Assembly: GCA_021432655.1 (NCBI GenBank)
Contig: MU271409.1
Span: forward strand, 1 to 54,658
DNA from: Atractiella rhizophila
Lineage: Eukaryota
Reading direction: 5' to 3'
Length of the DNA stretch: 54,658 bases
The translations under genes were made by a program, and so were the position numbers. Numbering within the stretch: position 1 is the stretch's first letter; every line of letters begins with the position of its first letter. The notes beneath the pieces are model-generated. The model was not told the DNA's origin. It ran no database searches and saw only the letters and a list, made by a program, of their open reading frames with translations. Shown in pieces: positions 11,995 through 23,708 of the stretch.

Positions 11995-12970
11995 TTACAA
12001 ATTGTAGTGACTTTTTGCTCTTCCAACGATAAGGTCCTTGATGCAGAATGTTAAAAACGCTCGTGGCAGAAGTATGACTTACTCGATCAAATGTCTTCTT
12101 GAAACTCTCCCTATTCACGACGTTCTTCACATACTCATGAAAAACTTGATATTTCGACTCAGTTTCAATAGTCTTGAATACGTCCTTAGCCGGCTGCAAT
12201 CCGATTTCTGTATAACTGTATGCTCGTCCTATGAATGGAGCCAGAAGGATTTCGCTTTAGGAGGATCTGTGTGTTCAAAACTGGCCATAGTCGGGAGGAT
12301 AAACTCACGCGTAACCAAACTCATCTCCGTCGTAAAATTTTCCGGGATTCTTTTTCAGGAGACCCTGAATCTCATCCACGCCGGCAAGGATTTGGGGAGT
12401 GACGGACGTATCCGTTCCCGATAATGGGCCTCTTAGGAGCTGGCCATACCTGGAAAGGGCATCAGTAACACCTTCATATGTCCTCAGAGGCTCTAACCTC
12501 TCGACAAAATATCGCGCCTCTGCCCTTTTAATTGGGTCTTCAGGAAGGATGGGGTGAGAATCCTTATACAAATCTGCCACCAATTCGACCTGTAACATAT
12601 TTAAGATGCGGCTCCGTAATCGTTATGTTACTTACGATGACGGCACTTTCAGGTATCCTCGTAGCACTCTCTCCAGTTCCGACCTCAATGACAGGCACCT
12701 TACCCGCAGCTCAATAAGTCCGACAATGGTGCAGTTACAGAGAGCAGACAGACAACACACCTTGCTTGCTGGGTTCACAGACGTGTACCATGACGGCTTG
12801 TTTTGCAAGTCGATTTCGACCTTTTCATATTTCACTCCCACCTCTTCTAAAGCAAGCGCAGCTCGTTGTGCCCTTTACGCACGAGTGATCAGCAGGAGAT
12901 TTCACGGCGATGTTCGAGCTCACCAAGGGCAAATGGCAGCGGTGTACAGCTTGATTTGTTTATCGGCCAT
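11995..12970 (-). CDS. Glutathione S-transferase, omega-like (CPW active-site motif), multi-exon
   Basis: MADKQIKLYTAAICPW, QRAALALEE..EIDLQNKPSWYTSVNPASKVP, PESAVI and LPEDPIKRAEARYF, ending SHYNL*. Confidence 0.88.
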
Positions 12971-13407
12971 CCTTTGTCGTTTAGTGGGGTTACTCTGGAA
13001 TGAGGGATAGATGAGCACCTTTGAGCTCATGCCTTTTTATAATATCCCAACCCCACACATCGCGAAACCAGTCAGCAGGATGATGCACGAAGCTGACCAA
13101 GCCGGAACCACTCTATCCTTTATCATCGCGAATATGGCGTTTAGGTGACCATTAAACGATTGTCGTTATCAAATTGCAAATCCTTGGACATGCGCGTCTG
13201 ACGACAGAAGAGAAAGTGGTGAGCAGGGCCTCAGTCATGTGATGTAAGGGCGGTAAATCGGAACCGGAGTGCACTTTTTCTCCCACCTCCTTCAACTTCA
13301 ACGAAGCAACAGAACAATTCTTCCTTTTTCATTCACTCCGACAAATTTGCGGTAAGCTCTCCATTTATTAGGCATTAATCTGTGGCTCATGCCATCCTGC
13401 ACAGGCC

Positions 13408-13667
13408 ATGGTTTCCGAAGACGTGAAGGGTACGTGTTCCCTCAGTCAACTTCTATGGACATAAACCTTTGCTCTAGACGCTTTGAACAAGACGTTTGAT
13501 GTCGCAAAGACGATCGTGCACTTCGGCTGGATTCCTTTCATCATTTATTTAGGAGTAGTTCGAGGGGAGAAGCGACCGACATTCATCCAGTGCGTGATGG
13601 GACCATTTTGCACACTTGCCAATGCTGACGAAATTGTAGACTCATCACTCCTATTGGAAATCAGTGA
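13408..13667 (+). CDS. TOM7: Mitochondrial import receptor subunit Tom7, 3 coding exons
   Basis: MVSEDVK/DALNKTFDVAKTIVHFGWIPFIIYLG...PTFIQLITPI matches the Tom7 HxGWIPxIIYLG signature. Confidence 0.92.
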
Positions 13668-13925
13668 AGTCTTCGTTGTCATGTTCTAGGCAGTTTTATA
13701 TGTATGAGCTTGTTAATATGCTTGTTTAAAGCACCACATACACCATCTCGCAGGTTCACATTGCAATAGCTACCTCCATTCTCCGTCTTATTTTGACCAT
13801 ACGGCACCTCACGATAGACCTCATATTTCAAGCAAATGGCTAATAACTAACAACAAGGGAGCAGATAAAACAACAAATAAGCCGAAGATCGAAGTGTAGA
13901 AGTGAAAGTGAACTGGAAACAGCGA

Positions 13926-15453
13926 TTATATTACTGTATGCTGCAAACGGGGATATTGAGGATAGAAATCCCTCTCCTCTAACGGTCTCGAGCGAGCAGC
14001 AATGTATTCGATGTTGGTGGTCCTCATAGAGTACTGATCAGAATCCAGAATCGAAATGTGCGGCACAGGGGGAACAATCGAGTTCTCATCTCGCTCTCGG
14101 GGAGAAAGACGCGAGTTTGGTGTTGGAGGAGTTCGAGCACTCGGCGGCGTTCGAGTTGGCTGGTAAAACGATGTCGTGGGAGTAATGGGAAGAGGGCGAT
14201 TAATGTCGATACTTTCTCGAGGGAGGATGATGTCATTGTTGGTGATCGCGCCGAAATTTGAGTTCGAGGTGGGAAAAGGCGGTCCTTGAATCTGGTCGTT
14301 GAGACTGTAGGTGGATCGATGGCCTTGATGTGATTGTGACCATGATTGGGTAGGTCGGTGATTAACGCTGGAAGAGGATTTGTGGGAGACGTGCTTATTC
14401 GCGGCAGCGAATTCAGCCGCAAAAGGATCGAAGCTTTGATAAGTTCTTGAGGTCGTACGGCCATGACCGGAGCCATGACCATCTGAGGACGTAGGAAGTG
14501 AACGCGGCAGCTGCTTTGACTGCGATGCGGCTTGCCTCTCGAATGAAACGAACACGCTCTGATCATTCAAAGGACGAATCCAGGATGGATGCCCTTTCTT
14601 CGGATAAGAGATAGCGACCTTTGTTCCTTTCTCCTTCTGTGGTCCCGACCCCATAGAACTTCTCTTCTTACGCCGTCGACGTCGTAAGAAGAATATTCCT
14701 CCAATGCAGACTGCCAATGCAACAACCCCCCCTGCGATGGCGCCAACCAGCACGGCAGTGTTCACCGAGGAAGCCGACGTTGAAACAGCTTTGTGGATTC
14801 TGAAAGAGACATCGTCGATTCGGAGACGACCAGCTGTGTCAAGAAAGAGATAAGGTCGGTCAATCAGATGAGAGACAAGTGAGAGACGCACTATCGTTGT
14901 AGCCGAACCTCAATATGTCCCCTTTCCCCGCATTGAATGTGTGAGAGAAGACGCGATACGGTCCTATCCTCAGCGTGAGCTACTATCAATACGAATAGGG
15001 AAGACGAACCAAATGAGGTGGACCCTAAATCAGCGGTTCCAAAAAGCCGCAATGGTCCGAGAGCGACAATCACATTCTGGCTCGCACCAGCGCATTGCAC
15101 GCAATAAATCGAAAATATCAGGTCATACTTTCCAGCCTCAATAGCGAGAGGCTGCCGCAGCTCATTTCCGGAAGTAATGAAAGCATTAATGCTGCCAGTG
15201 TTGGCGAATCCTCCTGTTGATGTCGACTCTAATCCTGTAAAACCATGGGTGATTAGACATCAAAGCAGCAAAAATAGCACGCACCACAGCCAGTAGAGGT
15301 GTTCGAAATGCACTGCCAGGGTGCTATCTTCCCAGTCTCGAAGCCTCCATTGATGATGAAGTTTGTCGAATTCGCCGAGGACTGAGAGTGGACGAATTGA
15401 CAGAGAAAGAGGAGGATCGATAGGCGCCAGGATATCCTTTTGAGGATTGGCAT
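13926..15453 (-). CDS. Type I single-pass membrane protein with a CBM4/9-like ectodomain and long disordered cytoplasmic tail (sensor-like)
   Basis: Signal peptide, NFIINGGFETG and IDDVSF motifs, TM segment AVLVGAIAGGVVALAVCIGGIFFL followed by RRRRRKKR, and a Ser/Pro-rich tail. Internal exon boundaries are approximate. Confidence 0.75.
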
Positions 15454-15904
15454 CTCGACCAGCGGATGCTGGGCATGAGACGCCCTGAGTGTTGAAGTAA
15501 TTCTATGGGAAGTGTAACGAATGAAAGTCGAAAATGATGGTGCCTAAGAAGTTTGTCGAATTCCCAAAAGCAGCATATTCGAGCCCTGAGCGCCAGACAG
15601 AGCCCGCTTATCTGCTCGCCAAAAGGAGTCTTGGAGCCTTGCTTGAGCTGGAGCCAACTGAGCCCGTCTTTCTTCCTGTTTCGTCGTTTCCAAGCCGAGT
15701 TGCGGGAGCGATTTCGAGGCTGGGCTGGACGGGCGGAAAAGTGATCGCCCATCTCCAGCCAACCGGGATTCGGTGGTTCGACTCTGTTCGATATCTTTAT
15801 CTCTTGCGATTTCGATCAACCCTGAGAACAGCTCATAGCTTCAAGAAGAATCATAAAGCACGTCACAGCGCTGCAATTACGTCGCCTACGCTTCATAAAT
15901 CAGA

Positions 15905-16183
15905 ATGAGTTCCGCCACCACGACGTCTTCCTCCGAACGAGTGGACATCTCTACCCTCACTCGTTCCGATCTCGAAATGATTCAATCCTTCTTACACGGC
16001 ATCAAAGATCATCACGACAAGGATGATATGGACGAAACGAGCATCAAGGAGCTCCTGAAGAAGATGGAGGAGGCCGAGGGGGCGACGGATGGTCTCGAAC
16101 ATAAGCTTGACGGTCTCTTGGCGAATCTGGACGACATTTTGGAAAGGATGGAGCAGAAGGAGAGCGAGAAAGAGGCCAAGTGA
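15905..16183 (+). CDS. Small acidic coiled-coil protein of unknown function (92 aa)
   Basis: Single ATG-started ORF with protein-like composition and a heptad pattern (LLKKMEEAEGATDGLEHKLDGLLANLDDILE). Confidence 0.7.
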   Translation: MSSATTTSSSERVDISTLTRSDLEMIQSFLHGIKDHHDKDDMDETSIKELLKKMEEAEGATDGLEHKLDGLLANLDDILERMEQKESEKEAK

Positions 16184-16550
16184 GCTCGCAGACGATTGGT
16201 GAGCTATCTTTGATCTCTGTCATGGGAAGGAGGCTGCAGCTCATCGCTCCGTGTTTCAGGCGAGATGATTTGAGATTCGAGGCTTTCTGAGATCTGCCAA
16301 AGGCACTTCGTGTTGTTGTACCTCTGTTCCGTGTACTTCTGGATCTTCCCCTCTCCTCTCAAGTTCAACCTAGGCCCTTCATGTGTGTATCGCAGACACG
16401 TCAAATTCAACTGTACAACTCATTGATGCACCGAAACCAATTCACAAATCATTGTACTCTTTGAATCCAGTATTCAGCTATGTTAGGCGCGTGGGACGAT
16501 CATGCATTGAGTTTATTCGTCAACTTGAAGTCGTTCAACTCAACAAAGAA

Positions 16551-17833
16551 GCTAGATTGCGACGAGTAGATCAGTCAAAGACCCAACGACATGTCCCATC
16601 CAAGCACCAACAACAAGAGGGACCGGCCATTGCTACTCGGTCCATCAGTCCACACAATTGACATCTAAATGACCCAAGACGAACCTGCCACGGCCTCTGC
16701 CAATCGAGGGTAATGCCAACACACTGACCCAAGCCCCTATCAGCGGTAGGAGGGTCCTCATGCGATGCGCTCCGAGTTTCCCGTTGAGGATGATGAACAA
16801 GGGAAGCATGGGGTCCTTGAGCAGTATGGCTGGGGACGAGGTTGGAAGAGCGAGAGGGGAGGAGAGAAGTGGAGCGGGGAATGCGAGAAGGGATAGGAGG
16901 AGAGAGAGCAGGTAGGTTCGCGCTCTGAGCCCGCGTCAGCTGATCGTTCTTGTGGAAAGGAGAAACGCTCACTTTGATCCTGTTAATGGTGCCCCTAGTA
17001 GAATTATTGCGACATGAAGTAAGAGGGATAGGTAAAGGGTGTAAAAGATAGTGTTGAATAGTGGCTATCCTGGATAACATCAGCTTCCCACTCTAGCTTG
17101 ACCATTCTGTCTCCAGCTCCAGAGATTTCGACGGGAGTATGAGAAACATTATGAAATAAAGAACCTTTGTATCCAGGAAGATAGGCTGACAGAAAGACTC
17201 AGAGCTGCCTTCCTCTCTCACAAGTTGGGCATCACCTCATGAGAGTCCTCGTTTCACGACTGCCCAGCATCTTTCCTCGAACAAACAGAAAATAAGCAAG
17301 CCTCTGAACGCAGGATCATCGAGAAACCTGATAGAATGGATACCCTCCAATTCGTATGTTTGTTGTTTGAAGGAACATGCAGTCTAGGAAAGCATCGCGC
17401 ACGCCTAACATGTCAATGCTTATGCGAGCTATACAAGGCCACCTCTGTCCATCACTGACTACAGCGAGGAGTACAATAATAGTCGACAACCACCACGTTC
17501 TATGCCGTTTGATTGCCTCTCACAAAACACGAATCCCATGTCGACCTGCGGGAATAAGAAACTCACCTTTCCCTTATGAAACCACCACCCCTTCCCTTCC
17601 AGTTTGTGCTTCAGCTTATCCGTTTCTGATCTGGCCCTTTCCCTCCTCGCCAGCTCGGTGGAACCTGTCCAACACAGGACCACAAGACTGCCAGCGCATG
17701 CTTTCAGCAGGGCTTCTTCGGGATCATGTAAATATGGTTGCAGCGCGGCATGAATGGAAGGATGTTTGAATAGCTGTGATGACGCGGATTGGGGGACAAG
17801 GAAGATGGAAATAGTGCTGAAGAGAGCGGACAT
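16551..17833 (-). CDS. GPI11: GPI biosynthesis protein Gpi11/PIG-F, 4 exons, with an apparent 1-nt frameshift near 16710
   Basis: HVAIILLGAPL, LIGAWV...LDWQRPWQ/QWPVPLVVGAWMGHVVG match the PIG-F GAW...PLDWxRPWQxWP signature. Exon 1 is 17833-17567 and intron 1 is 17566-17065. Confidence 0.85.
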
Positions 17834-17996
17834 GACAAAGTGTCAAAGAAAGGACGAAATTGTGGAAGTTTGGTTGATTAAGTTTGCTGCGGATATTCCA
17901 AGTGGCCTTGGTTGGGGCCGGAATGACCTCAACCAGGAAGGAACGGCAAAAGCCCCCAACGCCCCTCGAACGAAACGACGACCCAAGTTTACGCTG

Positions 17997-20900
17997 ATGG
18001 AACCAACGACATGTCGCATCTGCCGCTCGCCCTCGTCCCCAACCGAGCCTCTCTTCCGCCCATGCCTCTGCCGCGGCTCGATCGCATACATGCACCAGGC
18101 GTGCCTCCAGACCTGGCTCCAGCACTCGCGCAAGGGGTCATGCGAGCTCTGCCACTCGCCCTTCCTCTTCAAGAACGTCTACAGGGACGACATGCCCACC
18201 CAGTTGCCGCTCTGGCTCGTCATTAAGACCCTCGTCAAGTCGTCTTGGAGGGGGGTGGGGTTGTGTGCGAGAGGTGTGCTCGTCGTTTTTGTATGGTTGG
18301 GCATCCTGCCTTGGATCACCGGGTGCATGTGGGAGGGAGGATGGAGCATGGGAGAGACCGTCGGGTGGAGCCTCACCTCGCCCGATTCGACGACAGGCGA
18401 GGCCAAGACAAACGAAACGACGTCGAGCAACAGCACGGCGTTCTTTCCCCTTTTCATCTCGCTCCTGTCTCACGAGAACGCCCAAGACCCGGTAGAAGCG
18501 CTCTGGCCGTGGGTGGATAAGCTCATGTCGGATGTATTCCACGGTCAAATCATCACCTGCTTCGTCGTCCTCACCTTCGTCGCCGCCTTCCTCCTCCGCG
18601 AGTGGATCATCCAAAACACACCTCAACCCCTCGAGAACGCGAACATTGCTGCCGTCCCTCCGCCAGCTCCGGTACCAGTGGTGCCAATGGTGCCTCCGCC
18701 CGCTCCTCCACCTCCAGTACATACGACGGACGAGGCTACAGACTTGCGGAGAGTCAAGTTGGATGCTCTCGAAAAGAGATTGATGGATTTGGAGAGATCG
18801 GAAGTGGAAGCCTGGAACACGATGGAAAAGCAAATGTTAGCGGCGAAGGAGGAAGGAGAGGATCCAAGTGGGATGCAAGAGGTAGAAGAGGAGAAAGAGA
18901 ACTCGAATCCTGATTGGACTGAGCTGGAGGAGAGGGTGGATGCTTCAACTTCCACCACACAGATGAGTCCGAGAGAAGCCGATGCTACAGAGATCGATTC
19001 TAGTCTTCCTCAGCCTTCAACCTCTTCGACCTCCACATCTACCTCCCCTAGATTGCAGCTTGACTTCGACTCAGATTCGCCTCTGCACTGGTCCGCAACT
19101 CGGGCTCCTTGGGCCGCTAACAACAGCGTGGCAAACTACCCGGAATCGTCTTCGATTAGATCAAGAAATCCCTTCCAGATCGAAGAGGGAGACGAAACAC
19201 CCGCTTCTATGCCAAATCCCCAGTACCTTCGACCTCCCAAAACCCACACCCCTCCTCCGATGGATCTTCCCAATCCGAGCCCAACCACTATCCCCACGAC
19301 TCCGCCCACTGTCCAAGAGGACGAAAACGATCTCGATTTCCTTGATTTCGGCGACTCAGATGGTGAGGGGAGCGCAGTAGACGAAGAGGAGGAATTTGGA
19401 GAAGAGCCCGTGGACGAGAGGGCGGGAGTGGAGGATGAGGAGCTGTTGGAAGATCTGGACGGGATCATGGAGGCGATCGGGTTCAGGAGCATCATCGTCC
19501 TCTGCCAAAATCTGGCGCTCATGGTCCTGCTCGTCGGGCTCGTCCTCTTCGCCACCATCATTCTCCCTCATGCCATGGGACGCATCGTCGTCTCTATGAA
19601 AGCCAAATGGATAGCCGCTCCGGTGCGAGCTGTCGCTTGGATCGTGGAGACTCTCTTCGCTCTCGTGTTCGGATCGAAATCGACTCCGCAAGAAACTGAC
19701 CCATCGACGTCCTCCTCCTCTTTCATCGCCAAAATTGTACAGTCATCACGATCTGTCCTGAGAATGGCATCTGAATGGAGCAACCGACCGAACACAGACT
19801 CTTCCCTTCTCATCCACGTTCAGACCTTCATCGCTTCCATCCACGAGATCAGCTCAGCTATCTCGACAACCTATCGTGGTCTCCCAACTGGAACAACTGC
19901 CTTCGATCGCGCCACATGCACCATAATCGGCTACGCATTCGTTTTCTGCCTCGTCTTTCTTTACCTCCAATATTCTCGTTCAACCATCCCTCAGAACGTG
20001 GAACAAGTCATCAAGGACTCGTTGAAGCAGCAATTCACCGTCATGAAGGTCGCTTTCTTCATCCTGATCGAGCTCCTCGTCTTTCCTTTCGTCTGTGGAG
20101 TCCTTTTACGATTCGCGACCTTGCCAGTCTTCCCCGCTGCATCCGTGACCGGAGCTTGGAGTCATGCCACAGCACATCCTCTCACCAGTTTGTTCTCTTA
20201 CTGGCTTGCGGGAACGGCATTCATGTTCACTTTTGCTGTCTTTGTGAACATGGTACGAGAGAGCGTGAGAGGTGCGTCGTCTCGCTGTACTGCTGAATGA
20301 ACAAGGATGCTGAGGTTTCTTGTTGGGGAAGGTGGAGTGCTGTGGTGGGTCCGCGATCCTTCTGATACGAATTTTCATCCGGTCAGAGAGATATTGGAGA
20401 GAGGAAGCGTGGAACAAATACGCAGGATTTGCGCTAGCGGTGCTCTCTACGCGACTCTCATCATTGTCGGAGTCGGGTTCCCCTTTGTGTTTTTGAAATA
20501 CGGATTGGGAGTGATTCCTCTGCGTTGGCACTTGGAGTGAGTGTCCCTTGTCGTCGTGGTTGCACAATTAATGTCTATACAGTCGTCCGCTGGCTCCGAT
20601 CCCTATCGACCTCCTCTGCACTCATCTCCTCCTCCCCATCACAATCCGCATCCTTAAACCACGACGGCACCTCAAGCGTCTCTGGCTTGATTGTTACCGG
20701 TTAGCGTGCAAGCAGCTGCGACTCTCCAGCTTCATGTTCTCTCTCCGTTCTCCTGACGAAGAAGGTTCCCATGTTCGTATGACCTGGCGTGCTCATCTGC
20801 TCCTCCTTAAAGCTCCAATCGATTCTGCTGAAGACGATCTCATCTGTCAGAGCCGTGGAGTTGTGTTTAGGAGAGATGGAACCATGGCTCGTGCACCGAA

Positions 20901-22081
20901 TCACGATAGTGTGAAGGTGGTGAAGGGAAGGAGAATGATTGTTTACCTTGATGAGAATGGAGAGGGACAGACAGAGGAGGATAGGAGGATTATGAAGGAG
21001 CAAGATGAGGAGGCTATCGCAAAAGGCGATGGCAGGGAATATTATAGAGTTGTCTACCTCCCCCCACATTTCAAGCAAAGAGTCGCCCTCCTAATATATC
21101 TCATGTGGTTTATGGGAAGCTTGACTTTTGCAGCTATTGTTGCTGTCCCTCGTGCGCACCTTTCTACTTTTTGTACAGTTGAAACTAACTTCATTCAAGT
21201 GGTACTTGGGTCGAACAATATTCGCTTCCGTGGTCGAGGGGGAAGTTCACGACGCTTATTCATACTCATTGGGTTTCCACCTCATATTTTTTCGCGGCCC
21301 TCTTCGGACGACAAACTCTCCGCTTCTTACGACGTCAACGAAGCTCTCTTCCCACTGCACTGTCCAGCGTGTTCTTATCGATTTGTCGGTTCATCCCTCA
21401 CATCCTCGTCTCAATCCTCCTCGGCGCTATCATAATTCCTGCTGCTATGGGAATTGTCGTTGAGCTGTACTTTTTGAGGTCATTGGCAAGATGGCATGAC
21501 CCGTCGAAATTGCAGAGCTTGCCAACGGTTCACCTCGCCTGGGATTGGTGTTACGGCCTTCTGTACGGGTCTATAGCTTTCCGAGCCTTGCGAGCATGGG
21601 GTGGCCAACAGTCGACTTTCAATCAACGTATAGATGAGGTAGGCCAATTCGTAGCGTCCCTGAACCCTCGATAGTAACGTCACTCCAGGTTGTCGTCGCG
21701 TGGACTCTCCGGCAAAGGGTGCATGCGATTTCTAACCTCAACCGAAAAATCCTCTTCCCCATTGCCCGCCAGCTGTTACAAGTCATCCTCCTCCCCCAGC
21801 TTGTCATTCTCTCCCTCCTCACCGTCATCCCCCATCGGTTCCTACCTCCTTTCAGCTCCAGTGTGAACGAGGCGGAAAAAGTATGGTTTCTGCAGAATAT
21901 TGTGCACGAAGGTTGCATTTTGGGGTACTGCTACATCGTCCTGCAAACTCGAATACATACCTGGACCTCGAAATGGATGGCAACAGTCAGAGACGAAGAA
22001 TACCTGACACAGAGGATCCTCCTTAATAGGGAAGAGGAAGACGAAGCAGAAGCTCCACCTCAGGAGGTACATGCGCACTAA
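17997..22081 (+). CDS. SSM4: ERAD E3 ubiquitin ligase Doa10/MARCH6, multi-exon
   Basis: RING-CH domain CRICR...LFRPCLCRGSIAYMHQACLQTWL..SRKGSCELCH, FLLREWIIQN, KVAFFILIELLVFP, WWVRDPSDTNFHPVREILER and C-terminal VRDEEYL. Confidence 0.95.
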
Positions 22082-22477
22082 TATCTTTCGGGCACTTCGC
22101 ACTTTCTCACATACACATATCTGTGCTTTATCGCATTCTCTTTATCGTTTTTCCTCCATTTGTCACCAAAAGGATCAACGTAAGCACCACTAGAAAAAAA
22201 ATAACACCAAGAAGCACTACCCACCACTTCCTTCTCCTAGCAGCCCCGAAAAAACAACAAAACAACCGACAAGAAAGCAACAACAAAAGAAAGCAGCCGG
22301 ATAATAATGAGCGGACGAAAAAAAACGGATCCAAAAAAAACAACAGGAAGAAAGACAACAAAAAAAAAACAAACAAAGGGCCGCCCCCCCCAAAGAAAGA
22401 AAAAAGCCACGGGACTGGACTCTCTCTCTGCCAACGTCTTTCCATCGCCATCACCAACAACCTGACTTGTTTACTAA

Positions 22478-23597
22478 ATGGCGAATGAAGAATGGTTTCT
22501 TTTCTATGGCCCTCAACTTGCCAATCCAATTCTCCAAAAACTCAATCCTTCGAAAAGACACTCTGTCCACGTCAAAGACGCCTACTTGTCCTTTTCATAT
22601 CCTGGAATTCCATTTCTTGAGCCCTGCTATCCGACTGCCATTGTCCGTGGAATAAATGACACGGATTTCAAAGGAAAGGATAAGAAAGGTGATGAAGAAT
22701 CGTATAAGAAGTGGTTATGGGAACGATGCAGCCCAGGTGTTGGAGAGCTTTTCGGCAATGGTGTCCCTGAATTAGAGGTCCATCTTCCCTCCTCTCTCCT
22801 ATAATAGGTCAAGCTGATGCGTCCATGTGCAAACAGGGAGTCGCCATGTTATTGCCTCAAGGGGTGGTGGAACAGATCAAGAACTCCCAGGGTATTTGTT
22901 CCCCGGTCTACGAAATTATCTTCCATCCCGCTGATCTGTCGGATTAGGATACCATTCCTCGATTCCTGTCTCAGTTCAATGCACTCCGTTCGAGGACGGC
23001 GACAAATCCAAAAGTGCTGGTCCAACATTTACAGCAACAGCACTGATCCTTCCATTCACCTCTCGATTCAAAGACAGAGGCATAGCGCCTAGTAGCAAGT
23101 AAGTATATGATGAAGTATTGCGTATCTCCTTTTCATAGGAGCATGAGACCTTTGTTTCCCTTCGAGCGTCCAAAGGAGTGCACTAAATTGTGGATAGAAC
23201 GTTGATGCGAGTGATCCGTCCTGCAATCACATCCGGTCTTTCCCTCGACTTCATGTCCCATCTCGTGCTGATCCGCCCTGCCCCTCCGCCGACTACGAGC
23301 AAGATGCTCTTCATTACATTCTTGCTTATCCCACATTTCCTCTTCCTCTTCCTACCGCTCCACCTGGCACAGCTATTGCTGAGTCTGCTAGTCAGTGGCT
23401 TGAGGAGGTTCGACGGATTCGAGGTTGGAGAAGCTAGGAAGGTGTTGTCCGGGACAATCGCTGCCTTACAGGTTGGAAAGAAGGAGGTGGCGCAATGGAG
23501 TTGGGTGTGGGCTGGGTGGTGGGAGAGGTGGATGCCTGATTTCTCGTCAAAAGCAGATCGGAAGAAGGAAGCAGTTAAAGTCGGATCAGGGTTGTAG
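22478..23597 (+). CDS. GliK-like gamma-glutamylcyclotransferase-fold protein, probably catalytically degenerate, 4 exons
   Basis: WFLFYGPQL, LSFSYPGIPFLEPCY (compare GliK-family FDxPGIPYLEPCF), ELEGVAMLL, APSSKTLMRVIRPAITSGLSLDFMSHL and a C-terminal hydrophobic helix. Confidence 0.7.
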
Positions 23598-23708
23598 ATT
23601 CAATAAAAATACAAGTAATAATCGCATTCCGTGCACGAACAAATGACTAGACGTTCATAACTATTACGATTACATTTTTACCAAAAAGCAAATGACTTAC
23701 AGACTAGA

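Noticed and set aside
17204..17214. gctgccttcct is complementary to 18S rRNA near A420 (snR52-like guide)
   Set aside because: It is on the strand opposite the host intron and has no CUGA box at the required spacing.
17065..17566. Firm assignment of the GPI11 intron as RNase P/MRP, SRP, U3, snR30, telomerase RNA or a TPP riboswitch
   Set aside because: The diagnostic motifs (CR-I, SRP helix 8 CAGG/AGCA, U3 box A, snR30 m1/m2, a CCCUAA template, the TPP core) were not found. Left as an unassigned candidate.
17754..17996. N-terminal 81-aa extension of the Doa10 ORF
   Set aside because: It overlaps GPI11 exon 1 on the other strand. The RING-CH domain starts right after the ATG at 17997, the more plausible start.
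22123..22529. Lys/Asn-rich and Phe/Leu-rich ORFs on both strands
   Set aside because: By-products of the T-depleted low-complexity tract.
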